A program made the position numbers and the translations under genes. A stretch of 64,000 nucleotides of DNA from a virus. Taxonomy: Duplodnaviria > Caudoviricetes. The stretch covers positions 1 to 64,000 of the IMG/VR virus record IMGVR_UViG_3300033121_001676; one strand, written 5' to 3'. The notes under the pieces were generated by a model, which was not told where the DNA came from, searched no databases, and saw only the letters and a list, made by a program, of their open reading frames with translations. This document shows, one piece after another, positions 1-9,096 of the stretch (position 1 is its first letter; each line of letters starts with the position of its first letter).

Positions 1-276
1 TACCGGATCGACCTCATCAACGCGGTGGAGAGGCTGGAGGACGAAATCGCGAAGGCGAAGAAAAAGCCGCACAGTTTCCGAGCCTTGGTTGCCATGATCG
101 AGAAGATCCCTGTGGTTCCATTCGTCCAGCCTCCGCGCATCGCGGGACGGGAGCAACAAGTCTGCTGCTGCTGCATCAATCCCGGCGAGCTACCTGGCGT
201 ATGCGAGCCGTGCAGGAACGAATTGGACGCGCTGCACCGAAAGGCGCGGGCGAGGAAGAAAGCGAGGAAGCCATGA
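1..276 (+). CDS. hypothetical phage protein (5'-truncated, Cys-rich)
   Basis: Frame is open from the window edge; GC-rich codon usage; its stop overlaps the next ATG (ATGA at 273-276). Confidence 0.55.
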   Translation, partial: YRIDLINAVERLEDEIAKAKKKPHSFRALVAMIEKIPVVPFVQPPRIAGREQQVCCCCINPGELPGVCEPCRNELDALHRKARARKKARKP

Positions 277-713
277 AGACGCTGGAAGAGTGGATCGCCG
301 CAAAGCACCGATTCTGCGTGCACATCGACAGGAGCCTTCCTCCGCTAGAGCACGGATGCCTGCTCGGGCTCGACGTGGACGCGATGATCGACCCCTCGCG
401 CCCGGGCTGCCTGCGCCGACTCCCATGCAACAACCACGGAACCTCGGAGCAGGAGAACGTGACGTGCGCGAGTTTCCAGGCGCCCACCGAAGAGCAGATG
501 AAGGAGTCCTACGAAGGTCTCCTGAGATCCACGGAGCGAATAACCAAGGTGCTTCCGCTCCTCGGGGAGTTGAAGCGCAAGCACCGCAAGGGTGGTGGCG
601 GGACGGTTCGGTGCCCGTGCTGCGGCAAGCCGCTGCACTACGGCGTCGCGGCAAGCAACGGGCACATTCACGCGAGATGCGAGACGAACGGATGCGTAGC
701 GATCATGGAGTAG
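273..713 (+). CDS. hypothetical Zn-binding phage protein
   Basis: ATGA coupling; CPCCG...NGHIHARC motif typical of small phage Zn-ribbon proteins. Confidence 0.65.
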   Translation: MKTLEEWIAAKHRFCVHIDRSLPPLEHGCLLGLDVDAMIDPSRPGCLRRLPCNNHGTSEQENVTCASFQAPTEEQMKESYEGLLRSTERITKVLPLLGELKRKHRKGGGGTVRCPCCGKPLHYGVAASNGHIHARCETNGCVAIME

Positions 714-743
714 TGGTTCTAGTCACCGAAGCGAGGGCAAGCG

Positions 744-1079
744 ATGAAGATCCACTACAAGTACGTCGACCGTTGTACTATCGAGGAGTTCGCGGACAAG
801 TATGGGCTGGTGATGGTGGTGCGAGAGCTTTCGCAACCAAGGCTCGAATTCATGGCCTATTTCAAGGAGGTCACAGTCGTAGGTCTCTACGGAGTCTACG
901 GAATAGGCAACACGCCGGAAGCCGCGATCGCGTGCTACGGCGACAAGATCAGCGGAGGCATGATCGTCATCGACGCGGAACTACCCACCCGGCGCGAGAT
1001 CAAGGTGCCGTGGTTATGCGAAAAGGCGGCGATGACGGCGGCGCGAATGGAGGCACTCGCGCGGAAGGCGGCGCCATGA
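744..1079 (+). CDS. hypothetical protein
   Basis: 111-aa ORF with GAGG upstream, coupled to the next gene by ATGA. Confidence 0.6.
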   Translation: MKIHYKYVDRCTIEEFADKYGLVMVVRELSQPRLEFMAYFKEVTVVGLYGVYGIGNTPEAAIACYGDKISGGMIVIDAELPTRREIKVPWLCEKAAMTAARMEALARKAAP

Positions 1080-1303
1080 GTAAGCCCAAGAAGCCGAAGC
1101 CCCGCAAGCGCCCGCCCACTCCGCCCCTCCTCTCCCGCCTCGAAGACGCCGCACGCGCGGGGGAGAAGGCAAAGCCGGAGCATGTCATCCGTCTTTGCGA
1201 GTCGCTCAACTCGGCGCTGGCTCTCCTCATCGCGAGGCACGAATGCAGTGGAGCACGATGTCAGACGTGCGCGGTCGTCAATCGGCTGGAGGATGGAAAG
1301 TAA
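1076..1303 (+). CDS. hypothetical protein
   Basis: MSKPKKP start at the ATGA overlap; TAATG coupling to the next gene. Confidence 0.55.
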   Translation: MSKPKKPKPRKRPPTPPLLSRLEDAARAGEKAKPEHVIRLCESLNSALALLIARHECSGARCQTCAVVNRLEDGK

Positions 1304-1557
1304 TGAGCGAATCAATCATCAAGTTAGATCTTGCCGGAGATTACTTTTCTTTATCAATCCCTAAAGGTGGTGTGATTTTATCTGTTGGTGTTCAACATAC
1401 TGTTCCGAGGATGTGGGTTCGAATCACTTTAGGACAACCAAATGTTGAAAGGAAATTCAAAATTGTCTCTACTGGATGTTGTGAAGAATCACTTGGTGCA
1501 TATATTGGAACATGGCAAGAAGGAGTTTTTGTGAGGCATTTGTTCGAGATAGTATGA
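1303..1557 (+). CDS. conserved small phage protein (DUF7352-like)
   Basis: Pattern P.G..ILSVG.Q....MW...RKFKIV.TG...YIGT.Q.G.FV.HLFE recognised from widespread phage proteins. Confidence 0.65.
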   Translation: MSESIIKLDLAGDYFSLSIPKGGVILSVGVQHTVPRMWVRITLGQPNVERKFKIVSTGCCEESLGAYIGTWQEGVFVRHLFEIV

Positions 1558-1577
1558 TTTGTGTTCTTTTTCACAAC

Positions 1578-1604
1578 TTGTTCTGATAGTTGCTTTGTTA
1601 CAAT
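1578..1604 (+). promoter_or_regulatory. sigma70-like promoter TTGTTC-N15-TACAAT with extended -10
   Basis: Same geometry as the other copies in the early region. Confidence 0.6.
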
Positions 1605-1806
1605 GGTGCATGTTGGTGCTGTTCACAAACGTGCAAATTCAGGAGCGCAGGTAATGGAGATGTTCTTCATTGGCGTTTTTTGCATTTCAATTGCAATCAC
1701 ATTTCTTAATGGTTTGCAATACGGGCTACTTGCTCTTGGAATTGGCCTTATCATTCTTTCAGTGATGATCTACATTAGAACGAACAAAAGAAACAGGGGC
1801 TAGAAA

Positions 1807-2109
1807 ATGAGTGGTGGAAGTCTTGATTACGCCTATCAAAAAGTAGAAGATGCTGCTGAAGCAATTGAGTCACGTTCTAAGAAACTCATTCATCGCGCTT
1901 TTGCAAATCATCTTCGAAAGGTTGCAAAAGCACTTCATGATATTGAATGGGTTTTGTCTGCTGATTATTCTGATGGTGATGATCAAGAATCGATTATGAT
2001 GTGTCTTTCTCCAGGACAATTGCTACAAGAAGCAATTGATTCTGGTCTAACTGCAATTGCAGAAATCAACTCTGAAATTGAAAGAGCTAAAGGACTCTTG
2101 AACAAATGA
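1807..2109 (+). CDS. conserved hypothetical phage protein (MSGGSLDY type)
   Basis: N-terminal MSGGS.DY and LHDIEW..S.D motifs seen in many phage proteins. Confidence 0.7.
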   Translation: MSGGSLDYAYQKVEDAAEAIESRSKKLIHRAFANHLRKVAKALHDIEWVLSADYSDGDDQESIMMCLSPGQLLQEAIDSGLTAIAEINSEIERAKGLLNK

Positions 2110-2246
2110 GTGAAACTAAAGAGAGAAAGGAATTGTGGGAAATTGATGATGAACTGGTAGATCCTTCACTTCTATTTGGAGTATTCTGTCTTTCATGTTT
2201 CTATTGTTTGATCATTTTGGTTTGGATTCTCACTTTCTCTTAGAAC

Positions 2247-2319
2247 GGGATTGTAGCTCAGTTGGTAGAGCAGCAGGCTTTTAACCTGTAGGTCGTGAGT
2301 TCAATCCTCACCAATCCCA
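2247..2319 (+). tRNA. tRNA-Lys(TTT)
   Basis: Acceptor GGGATTG/CAATCCC, D arm GCTC..GAGC, anticodon loop CTTTTAA, T loop TTCAATC. Confidence 0.92.
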
Positions 2320-2320
2320 T

Positions 2321-2515
2321 ATGAAAACAAACATCATCATGTGTATTTTGATCTTGATTCAATTTTCTGCATCAATTCTTTCACTTTGGCAATCATTCGT
2401 GTATATTTCTGAAGGCAAGAGTATTCTTGCTGCAATAGCGTTCATTCTATTTTCAATTTACATGTTTTGTGAAGCTTGTTTTGGAGTGGGTTTTCTTAGA
2501 AAGAATTGGATATGA
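2321..2515 (+). CDS. small membrane protein
   Basis: 64 aa with two hydrophobic segments. Confidence 0.5.
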   Translation: MKTNIIMCILILIQFSASILSLWQSFVYISEGKSILAAIAFILFSIYMFCEACFGVGFLRKNWI

Positions 2516-2677
2516 GAAATTTCTTCAATCCTTTCAGGTGCATGTGTATCTTTGAATGATGGAGGTCATGAATCATGAACGATAAGTATGTTTTTGACAA
2601 AGTTGATTGGATTCTTATTTCTGTTTGCATCTTAATCGCAATAATCTTCAATTTCGTAATCTTTGTTCAGCTGTAAA

Positions 2678-2787
2678 CTGCATGTAGTGCAGCAACACAG
2701 TAGCTTCTTTATCATCAACTTGCATTGACTAATACAATGTTACAATGGTGTATGGCAGTATAGTCTGCTAATGGTTGGTCATTATGC
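2678..2787 (+). promoter_or_regulatory. repeated early promoter cassette, copy 1 (hairpin, TTGCAT-N15-TACAAT, leader GGCAGTATAGTCTGC)
   Basis: About 110 bp similar to 3621-3735; partial copies at 7327 and 8175. Confidence 0.75.
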
Positions 2788-3023
2788 TTACTGGCAATTG
2801 TAATGCAAACCTCATCTACAGCCGTGTCAACCACTGTTCCTGGACGTCGTACGCGGATTGCAGGTTCGAGATCATGAAAAGCAACAATCCGCGATACCGG
2901 AAGATGCTCAAGGACCATAATTACGATGGCATTAGCGCTGACGCTGTGCTGATCATCATGCGCCACGGCGAAGACAACAGGGTCATGGCAATTTGGATGA
3001 TCCCTCCTCACTACGCAATGTGA
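2784..3023 (+). CDS. hypothetical early protein
   Basis: ATG immediately after the promoter cassette. Confidence 0.55.
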   Translation: MLTGNCNANLIYSRVNHCSWTSYADCRFEIMKSNNPRYRKMLKDHNYDGISADAVLIIMRHGEDNRVMAIWMIPPHYAM

Positions 3024-3045
3024 TTATGTTGGCAACTACGGAGAA

Positions 3046-3348
3046 ATGACGATGGGCTGTTATCACTTTAGGGTGTGGAGCCGCGAAGATGGCGGGCGCG
3101 CGGCCGTAACTGAAAAGATTGCCAGTGACGAATTTGAATCAGAATCTTTTGTGCAGCAGTTCTTGCTGTCGTTTGCAAGTGACAGGTACATTGTCAGGGA
3201 GATCAAGCCGGAAAAGATCTTCTGCATATTTTTGAAGGAGGAGATTGAAAAAACAGGGAACTGGAAAAACCCTGTTGTCATGTTCCAATCAATAGATGGT
3301 GTAGAGAAAGGCTGCGGGTGTGTCATTTGCTCCCAGACGCTCTTGTAG
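3046..3348 (+). CDS. hypothetical protein
   Basis: GGAG RBS upstream; 100 aa. Confidence 0.6.
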   Translation: MTMGCYHFRVWSREDGGRAAVTEKIASDEFESESFVQQFLLSFASDRYIVREIKPEKIFCIFLKEEIEKTGNWKNPVVMFQSIDGVEKGCGCVICSQTLL

Positions 3349-3355
3349 GTAATGA

Positions 3356-3643
3356 ATGGAGAATGCCATGAAGGAAGTTGAAAAAACGTTCAATATCGTC
3401 AAGGCTGCTGACATCAAGTTCCCACTCATTGTCGAAGAGGTTGTTCTTAGTTTTGAGGGAATCGCCTACATCAAGCTCCACTGGCCCAATGGGGAATATG
3501 CCTTATCACTCTTGGTTGATGAAAAAAATGGAGAAGTTCTTACGAGAGAACTTTCCTTTGATGAGTATGAACATGTGAGAAGTGACGGTTGGTCCTGCTC
3601 ATTTAGTGCTGAAGAAATTGCTGCATGTAGTGCAGCAAGGTAA
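3356..3643 (+). CDS. hypothetical protein
   Basis: Acidic 95-aa ORF within the operon. Confidence 0.6.
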   Translation: MENAMKEVEKTFNIVKAADIKFPLIVEEVVLSFEGIAYIKLHWPNGEYALSLLVDEKNGEVLTRELSFDEYEHVRSDGWSCSFSAEEIAACSAAR

Positions 3644-3735
3644 CGGCTTCTTTGTCATCAATTTGCATTGACCAATGCCATGCTACAATAGCGTATGGCA
3701 GTATGGTCTGCAAATGGGGGTGGTCATTATTATGC
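3621..3735 (+). promoter_or_regulatory. repeated early promoter cassette, copy 2
   Basis: CTGCATGTAGTGCAG hairpin, TTGCAT(3663)-N15-TACAAT(3684), then ATGGCAGTATGGTCTGC. Confidence 0.75.
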
Positions 3736-3995
3736 CAATTGGAATACGTGGAGTCTTTGTTGACAAGCCATCTGCTAACCGTGTTGATGTGTTGATTGAA
3801 CAGTGGTCCGACCAAGCTGTTCACACCGAAAGATTTGAACACGCCAACGGCTACATTCCTGAAATGGACCATGTCTATGCAACTGTCAAGGGACGGCAGA
3901 TGGAGGTTGCCAGGAAAGTGAGTGGCGTGTGGGTGTGGGCAAGAGTCAGTTGGATCGGCAAGCGAGATGGTGACGTGATTTTCAAGATGAGCTAA
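3732..3995 (+). CDS. hypothetical early protein
   Basis: ATG after the cassette with GGGGG/GGTGG RBS-like sequence. Confidence 0.55.
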   Translation: MPIGIRGVFVDKPSANRVDVLIEQWSDQAVHTERFEHANGYIPEMDHVYATVKGRQMEVARKVSGVWVWARVSWIGKRDGDVIFKMS

Positions 3996-4069
3996 CTATG
4001 GTCACTGCAAAATGCGTTCTCAATTCGTCAATTGCAGCGACCAAGATCACAAGAAGGAGGAGTTGACAA

Positions 4070-4669
4070 ATGGCTAAAGGCTTCATCCCAAGTGTTCTCA
4101 GCTTTGGTGGTCACCATGTAGGATCAGGTGAATACTGCCTACTTGAGGCGGTTGCCGCCTACGCTGGTCTTGGTCACAGCGACAACCCGCGCTGTTCTTC
4201 GCGTGTAATTGCCACGTTTGGTCGTCAGTTGAACGATTTATTCTACAATGATGATCAACTGCGTACGCTAAAGCTTGCGCATCTCATTCCTGCAATTGCT
4301 GCCAGCAGAAATGACAGATTGGAAACGAAACGTGAATTGATTCTCATTGATTTCGTCTTGCGCCAGGTCGTTCCAGTTCATTTGGAAGAAACTGATCCTG
4401 TTGCCGCAAACTTCTTCAAGAACTACAAGTCAATTGAGAAGGTTGATGATTTGATTGATGCTTATCAGTTCTTCCGCTCAAATTGGACAAATGACATTAC
4501 TGAGTATAATGATCGCTTCCCAGCATTGCTCCAGAACATTTTCATCACTGTATATGATCGCGCTGCTTGTGCGACTGCTCTATACACGCATGTCATACAC
4601 AGACATGAAAACAGCGGGCTGCTTGATCTTGGAGTTGAAGCACTCAAGGCAATGCTTGCTGTGAAGTGA
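4070..4669 (+). CDS. conserved uncharacterised phage protein
   Basis: Strong AGGAGG RBS; LS.G.H...CLLEAVA..AG..HSD.P.C...LND motif of a common phage family. Confidence 0.75.
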   Translation: MAKGFIPSVLSFGGHHVGSGEYCLLEAVAAYAGLGHSDNPRCSSRVIATFGRQLNDLFYNDDQLRTLKLAHLIPAIAASRNDRLETKRELILIDFVLRQVVPVHLEETDPVAANFFKNYKSIEKVDDLIDAYQFFRSNWTNDITEYNDRFPALLQNIFITVYDRAACATALYTHVIHRHENSGLLDLGVEALKAMLAVK

Positions 4670-4689
4670 TGCACAAAACCAGAAGCCCC

Positions 4690-4716
4690 TTGTTGCGATT
4701 AATGGGCTGGTATAAT
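4690..4716 (+). promoter_or_regulatory. promoter TTGTTG-N15-TATAAT (TGG extended -10)
   Basis: Consensus -10, followed by the 5' hairpin GCCTG-TATGTT-CAGGC. Confidence 0.7.
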
Positions 4717-4823
4717 AGTGCATTGCCTGTATGTTCAGGCTTAATCTGGGGCTAATCATGCAAATGTCAAAGCTGCTCAAGTGTGCGCGTGGTGCGTGGC
4801 GTTTTTATCGTGGGGAGATCGAA

Positions 4824-5105
4824 ATGAACAAGATGAGTTACTACTACGATTACTTTTACGAGCATCCGCAAGGTGATCCCAAGGTCTTCAGCTGGCGTTA
4901 TCCTTTCAGCAAGATTCCGTTGATCAACAAGGTTCATCTGGTGTTGTGGTCTCATTGGCAGTTTGCCAAGCAGCTCGCCAACATGCTCATTTGCTGGTTG
5001 ACTGAACACAAGTTTGTGGATGACTCCCGTGTTGGGCCAGATTCAGGTGATATGGCGTTCCATTGCACGCGCTGTCACTGGTCCTTTCATCACACGCTTT
5101 ACTAA
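4824..5105 (+). CDS. hypothetical protein with C-terminal CxxC
   Basis: GGGGAG RBS before ATG 4824; C..H...CTRC. Confidence 0.55.
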   Translation: MNKMSYYYDYFYEHPQGDPKVFSWRYPFSKIPLINKVHLVLWSHWQFAKQLANMLICWLTEHKFVDDSRVGPDSGDMAFHCTRCHWSFHHTLY

Positions 5106-5418
5106 TGCGTCATCAACATGCGCCAACTCATCACTATCACGGGCCAGCTGTTTGATTTTGATCCCATGCAGTATGATGTTGAGCATGTTTTTGATCACAA
5201 CGGTACAACGTATTTAATCACTCCAATTACGACGATATAACTTGATTCTAGTCACAACAATGCGAAGGAGTTGATGGAATGGATGAAACTCGCAAAGATC
5301 GCGCGGTAGTCTTCATTGCTGGTGCTGCAATAGTCTTCATATGCCTGTGGGTGAAGACTGATCTCTACTGCGCACTCATCTTCATTGGTGCGTTACTCAT
5401 TGCCTTGGCGTTCAACGA

Positions 5419-5670
5419 ATGATACCCCCCAACGTTTTGAATGACATTGTTACTGAACTCGAAGCCACCAAGACGAGAATATATAATCTTGAGCAGCATG
5501 TTAGGCAAATCACCGATGACTTGATGAGATCAACAACACTGAAGGATTTGATCACTGTCAGACTGATGAGTCATGATAAGATCTATGCTATCAAGTTGTA
5601 TAGACTCCTGACTAATAGCGGTTTGCGTGAAGCCAAGGATTATGTTGACGAACTAATGAGGACACTATGA
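5419..5670 (+). CDS. ribosomal protein bL12 (L7/L12) C-terminal-domain-like protein
   Basis: KIYAIKLYRLLTNSGLREAKDYVDEL matches the KI.AIK..R..T..GL.EAKD.V signature. Confidence 0.7.
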   Translation: MIPPNVLNDIVTELEATKTRIYNLEQHVRQITDDLMRSTTLKDLITVRLMSHDKIYAIKLYRLLTNSGLREAKDYVDELMRTL

Positions 5671-5885
5671 ACTATGAACAACGCTACAAAGTATTAGACA
5701 AGTTGACACTGACCGATGAACAGAAGATTATCTTAAATCAGGTGATACATGAGGCGAACCAGTACCATTGGGTAGCACAATGGATGAGACATCAGTTGAC
5801 TGTGATAAGACAACAAGTCCCAGTAACTGATGATGAAGTCACATCAAAATACATGCGAATGCACGAAAAGAGCAGGATTGCATGA
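5667..5885 (+). CDS. hypothetical protein
   Basis: ATGA coupling with a GAGG RBS. Confidence 0.55.
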   Translation: MNYEQRYKVLDKLTLTDEQKIILNQVIHEANQYHWVAQWMRHQLTVIRQQVPVTDDEVTSKYMRMHEKSRIA

Positions 5886-6289
5886 AAAGAGCAGGATTTA
5901 ACGTGATGAAGTCGTTAGACGCACTTTTCATCAGTCAGTGGGAGTGAATAAGGGCAGTTGAATGTGTTATTGAGTGAAATGAGTAATCATGAAACTGAAT
6001 ATACTGTGTAGTAGGGATGGTATTAGTAGTAATAGGGATAGTAGAGTGACACGAACTGTGACACTGAGGCGAGCTGATGTGAATGCGAATGATGAAAAAA
6101 ATCGACTCGAGAAGAAATCAGGGAGATGGGAGAGGGATGGGATGATGATGCGAATGAGGACTGTTGGGAGCATGATTCACGTATTTCAAGCATATTTCAG
6201 TATATTCCTAATACAAAATACTGGATCTCACAGTCATCAATGCTATTATTTTACAAAAATGTCTTATAGATTCCAGATTTCTTCGTGAT

Positions 6290-6470
6290 AAACCAGGTCA
6301 TCTTCTAGAAACTGACCAGATTTCTTCTAGAAACTGACCAGATCTATCCCATCTATGACCTGATTCTTCTATGAACTGACCAGATTCTTGATGATTTGCC
6401 ACGTTGCCTAAACTTTTAGTAGTGATAATCGTGTTAAATCTACACACGTTGCCTAAACTTTTAGTAGTTG
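6290..6470. repeat. non-coding direct repeats (AACTGACCAGAT x3; CACGTTGCCTAAACTTTTAGTAGT x2)
   Basis: Read directly from a gene-poor intergenic stretch. Confidence 0.75.
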
Positions 6471-6876
6471 TCCTATGCTTGATCGTGCATTGAATATGAT
6501 GCCATTTATTCAGTCGCTTATTCAGTCCTGTTTTGTCCTCCTCCATGTGGTAAAAACTCGGTTACTGATCAAGAACTTCAATCAGGTGTAGTCTATCTTG
6601 AGAGCGAATTCTTAGTCATTTTCATGATGATGACCAGAAATCTGTTGAGATCATAGCTTCAGTCCGTGATCTCGACCCATCCTTATCCTGACCTCGGTTC
6701 GAATCTGGTCGAGAAAAAAGTTGAAAAAAAGAGAAAACTGATTCAGTGCCCTCGACCAAAACCCGGGCGTTTTGAGGTAAAAGTTAAAAAAGTCCGGACT
6801 TTTTGCATCCCAATTAATCGCTGAAAGTATGAGAATTTAGACGAAAAAAAGAGAAAACACGTTCACATAGAAAGGT

Positions 6877-6903
6877 TTGTAGGGACCTATGTGCTGCTAT
6901 AAT
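6877..6903 (+). promoter_or_regulatory. promoter TTGTAG-N15-TATAAT (TGC extended -10)
   Basis: Followed by the hairpin GTGGCA-GCCCAT-TGCCAC and an AAGGAG RBS. Confidence 0.7.
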
Positions 6904-6940
6904 AGTGCGTGGCAGCCCATTGCCACTACACAAGGAGATT

Positions 6941-7225
6941 GTGATGATTAAGTGCAACCCAATTTACGGAAACTGGAAGACGGCAATGTTGATACCCAAT
7001 TGTAGCGAGATTGACCAGATCAATCTTGACGTTTTCCAGTACCTTACAGCCTTGCGAGAACACGGAATGAATGCTAATGCGGAATGGGATGACAACCATC
7101 TCAACACGTATCCAGAATTCTTTGGTGGGTTGCGTGTTGTGTTGTGGCCGGTGGACGAAAATCCCGGCAAGAATCAGCTGGCTGCTGAGTTCCCAGGGTA
7201 CAATGATTGTGATCTGATCGGGTAA
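6941..7225 (+). CDS. hypothetical early protein
   Basis: AAGGAG RBS, then GTG/ATG. Confidence 0.65.
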   Translation: MMIKCNPIYGNWKTAMLIPNCSEIDQINLDVFQYLTALREHGMNANAEWDDNHLNTYPEFFGGLRVVLWPVDENPGKNQLAAEFPGYNDCDLIG

Positions 7226-7326
7226 AAATTAAGACCAGTAGTTGGTCTTAATTTGCCTAAGAACAAATGATGTAAAATTTGTTGTCATTATCATGACCAG
7301 ATTCTTAAGCGTTCTTAATCAGCAGC

Positions 7327-7375
7327 TTGCGCTGACTAATAGGCTGCTACAATAGGGTATGGCAGTACGGTCTGC
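7327..7375 (+). promoter_or_regulatory. early promoter cassette, copy 3
   Basis: TTGCGC-N15-TACAAT, then ATGGCAGTACGGTCTGC. Confidence 0.7.
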
Positions 7376-7401
7376 TTGTGTTGGCTGTCAACAACTTGGT
7401 A

Positions 7402-7749
7402 ATGACCATGATTTACAATCCTTACAAGATCAAGGCAAATGCCGCTGTTGGGACCACCAAGTTTACTTGGTGTCTTGGCAACGATGGTCCGATCAGTGTT
7501 CTCAACGAAGAAGAGCTTCAACTCTACTGTGAGAATGTTACCATGTCGGTAACGGAGCTCACCATCCTTAAGCTGCCTGAGGATGAGAAGGGAAGAACGC
7601 AGTTCGTCCTCATCGAGCCCAATCTTGGTGCGGTGATCGTCGAAAGTGACGATTGTGTTGTTGACGGCTGGCGCATTCTCAGGGACGACAACCAGGATCC
7701 TGGTCCTGGGTACGGCAAGTGGGGTGAGAACATGAAGGTTCTGTTCTAA
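7402..7749 (+). CDS. hypothetical protein
   Basis: ORF downstream of the cassette. Confidence 0.6.
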   Translation: MTMIYNPYKIKANAAVGTTKFTWCLGNDGPISVLNEEELQLYCENVTMSVTELTILKLPEDEKGRTQFVLIEPNLGAVIVESDDCVVDGWRILRDDNQDPGPGYGKWGENMKVLF

Positions 7750-7781
7750 CACAAGCAAGGTAGCGCAATCCGGAGGTTCTT

Positions 7782-8069
7782 ATGCGAGTCATTATCTACT
7801 TCTGCGCTATTGGCAATTGCAAGATTGACCTTACCCAGATTCTCTTCAGCGGAGGTGAGCTATTTGAAGGGTTGGGACCAGGGCAAGCATTGACGAGGTG
7901 TTTGCCAATGCGCCAAGATGGCCAGGATTGGGAGGCTGACAACGGATTGGTGTTTGGTCCCTCAACAGGGGATAAGCTGCCGCCACAGTGTGATCCTGAC
8001 AGTCTGGAATTGTGGACGAATGACGATGATGGTGAAGGGATCACAATCATCACAGCTAAACTGAAGTGA
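7782..8069 (+). CDS. hypothetical acidic protein
   Basis: GGAGG RBS. Confidence 0.65.
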   Translation: MRVIIYFCAIGNCKIDLTQILFSGGELFEGLGPGQALTRCLPMRQDGQDWEADNGLVFGPSTGDKLPPQCDPDSLELWTNDDDGEGITIITAKLK

Positions 8070-8174
8070 TTGGCAACCAAGGCAGTGTCATCTACACATC
8101 TTGATCTACTGATCCTGGTCTAGACCGTATGTATATAGTAACCTGGGTCTAGATATAGAAGCTTTTGTTCTAAC

Positions 8175-8224
8175 TTGTTGTGACTATTGGGCTTGCTAAC
8201 ATATGGCATGGCAGTATGGTCTGC
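8175..8224 (+). promoter_or_regulatory. early promoter cassette, copy 4
   Basis: TTGTTG-N16-TAACAT, then ATGGCAGTATGGTCTGC. Confidence 0.6.
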
Positions 8225-8241
8225 TACGCAGGTGGTCTATT

Positions 8242-8508
8242 ATGCAACTGTCAAAATGGCGTGCACCAAACGGCAAGGTCTACAACCTGCCCACGCAGTT
8301 CGTCATCAACTACAATCTGGCCCCTGGCAAGCTCCAGCAGGTGATCAACAACGCCTTCATGTCCTACGCCCGTGCGTGGGGCAACAAGGATCGTGATCTG
8401 CGCACCTACGGCAAGGCTACGGCCAGTCGTATCTGTGCCCAGGCCAATACGTCATGGCTGCGGGTGCAGGATTGCGTCATCCGCGCCCACTGGCAAGGCT
8501 TGGCGTAG
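8242..8508 (+). CDS. hypothetical basic protein
   Basis: GGTGG upstream of ATG 8242; followed by the hairpin GCCCACTAC-ACAAC-GTAGTGGGC. Confidence 0.6.
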   Translation: MQLSKWRAPNGKVYNLPTQFVINYNLAPGKLQQVINNAFMSYARAWGNKDRDLRTYGKATASRICAQANTSWLRVQDCVIRAHWQGLA

Positions 8509-8795
8509 TCATCTGGCCCACTACACAACGTAGTGGGCAGTGTTCTTCAACAATATGAAAGGCGGTAACCTATGAATTAGAGGAGAAACCAACCACGATG
8601 TAGATGACACACAATCTATCATGTCATTATCCTGAATTTGACTCATGGAACTGATCGATTTTTGATGTCTACCACTGTCTTATCAGGACCATTACGGTCA
8701 TCCATATCATTATCATGACGATGACCGAAATAGTTATGATCGTGACCCAGAAACGACTATTCCAGACCTCCAACCACATTTTTCCTGATATTTCT

Positions 8796-9090
8796 ATCGA
8801 GAAACTGATCGATTGTTGAGAAATCCACCAGTCTTGTCAAGATGATGACATTCTCGATGAAATTGAGCGAGAATTGATTTTTTGAATCATTTTCATGACC
8901 GAGAAATAGAAAAAAGTCAGGATGACCATCGAGAATTTGATCGATTGTTGAGAAAAGCTCCTGTCTAGTCACCAAGCGCTAACCAGAACGCAAGCGCTAA
9001 ACCAGAAAATTTGGACGAATAAGACAGAGACCGGTTTTTTTGAGAGAGAAGTTGACACTAACGAAAAACCCAGAGAGCTAACGAAAAAGA
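8796..9090. repeat. non-coding direct repeats (28-bp ATCGAGAA..TGATCGATTGTTGAGAAA x2; CAAGCGCTAA x2; CTAACGAAAAA x2)
   Basis: Copies at 8796/8928, 8973/8991 and 9058/9078. Confidence 0.75.
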
Positions 9091-9096
9091 CTATTT

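Noticed and set aside
290-1075. 337-aa ORF 290-1303 as a single gene
   Set aside because: It overlaps two better coupled ORFs; only the part from 1076 looks real.
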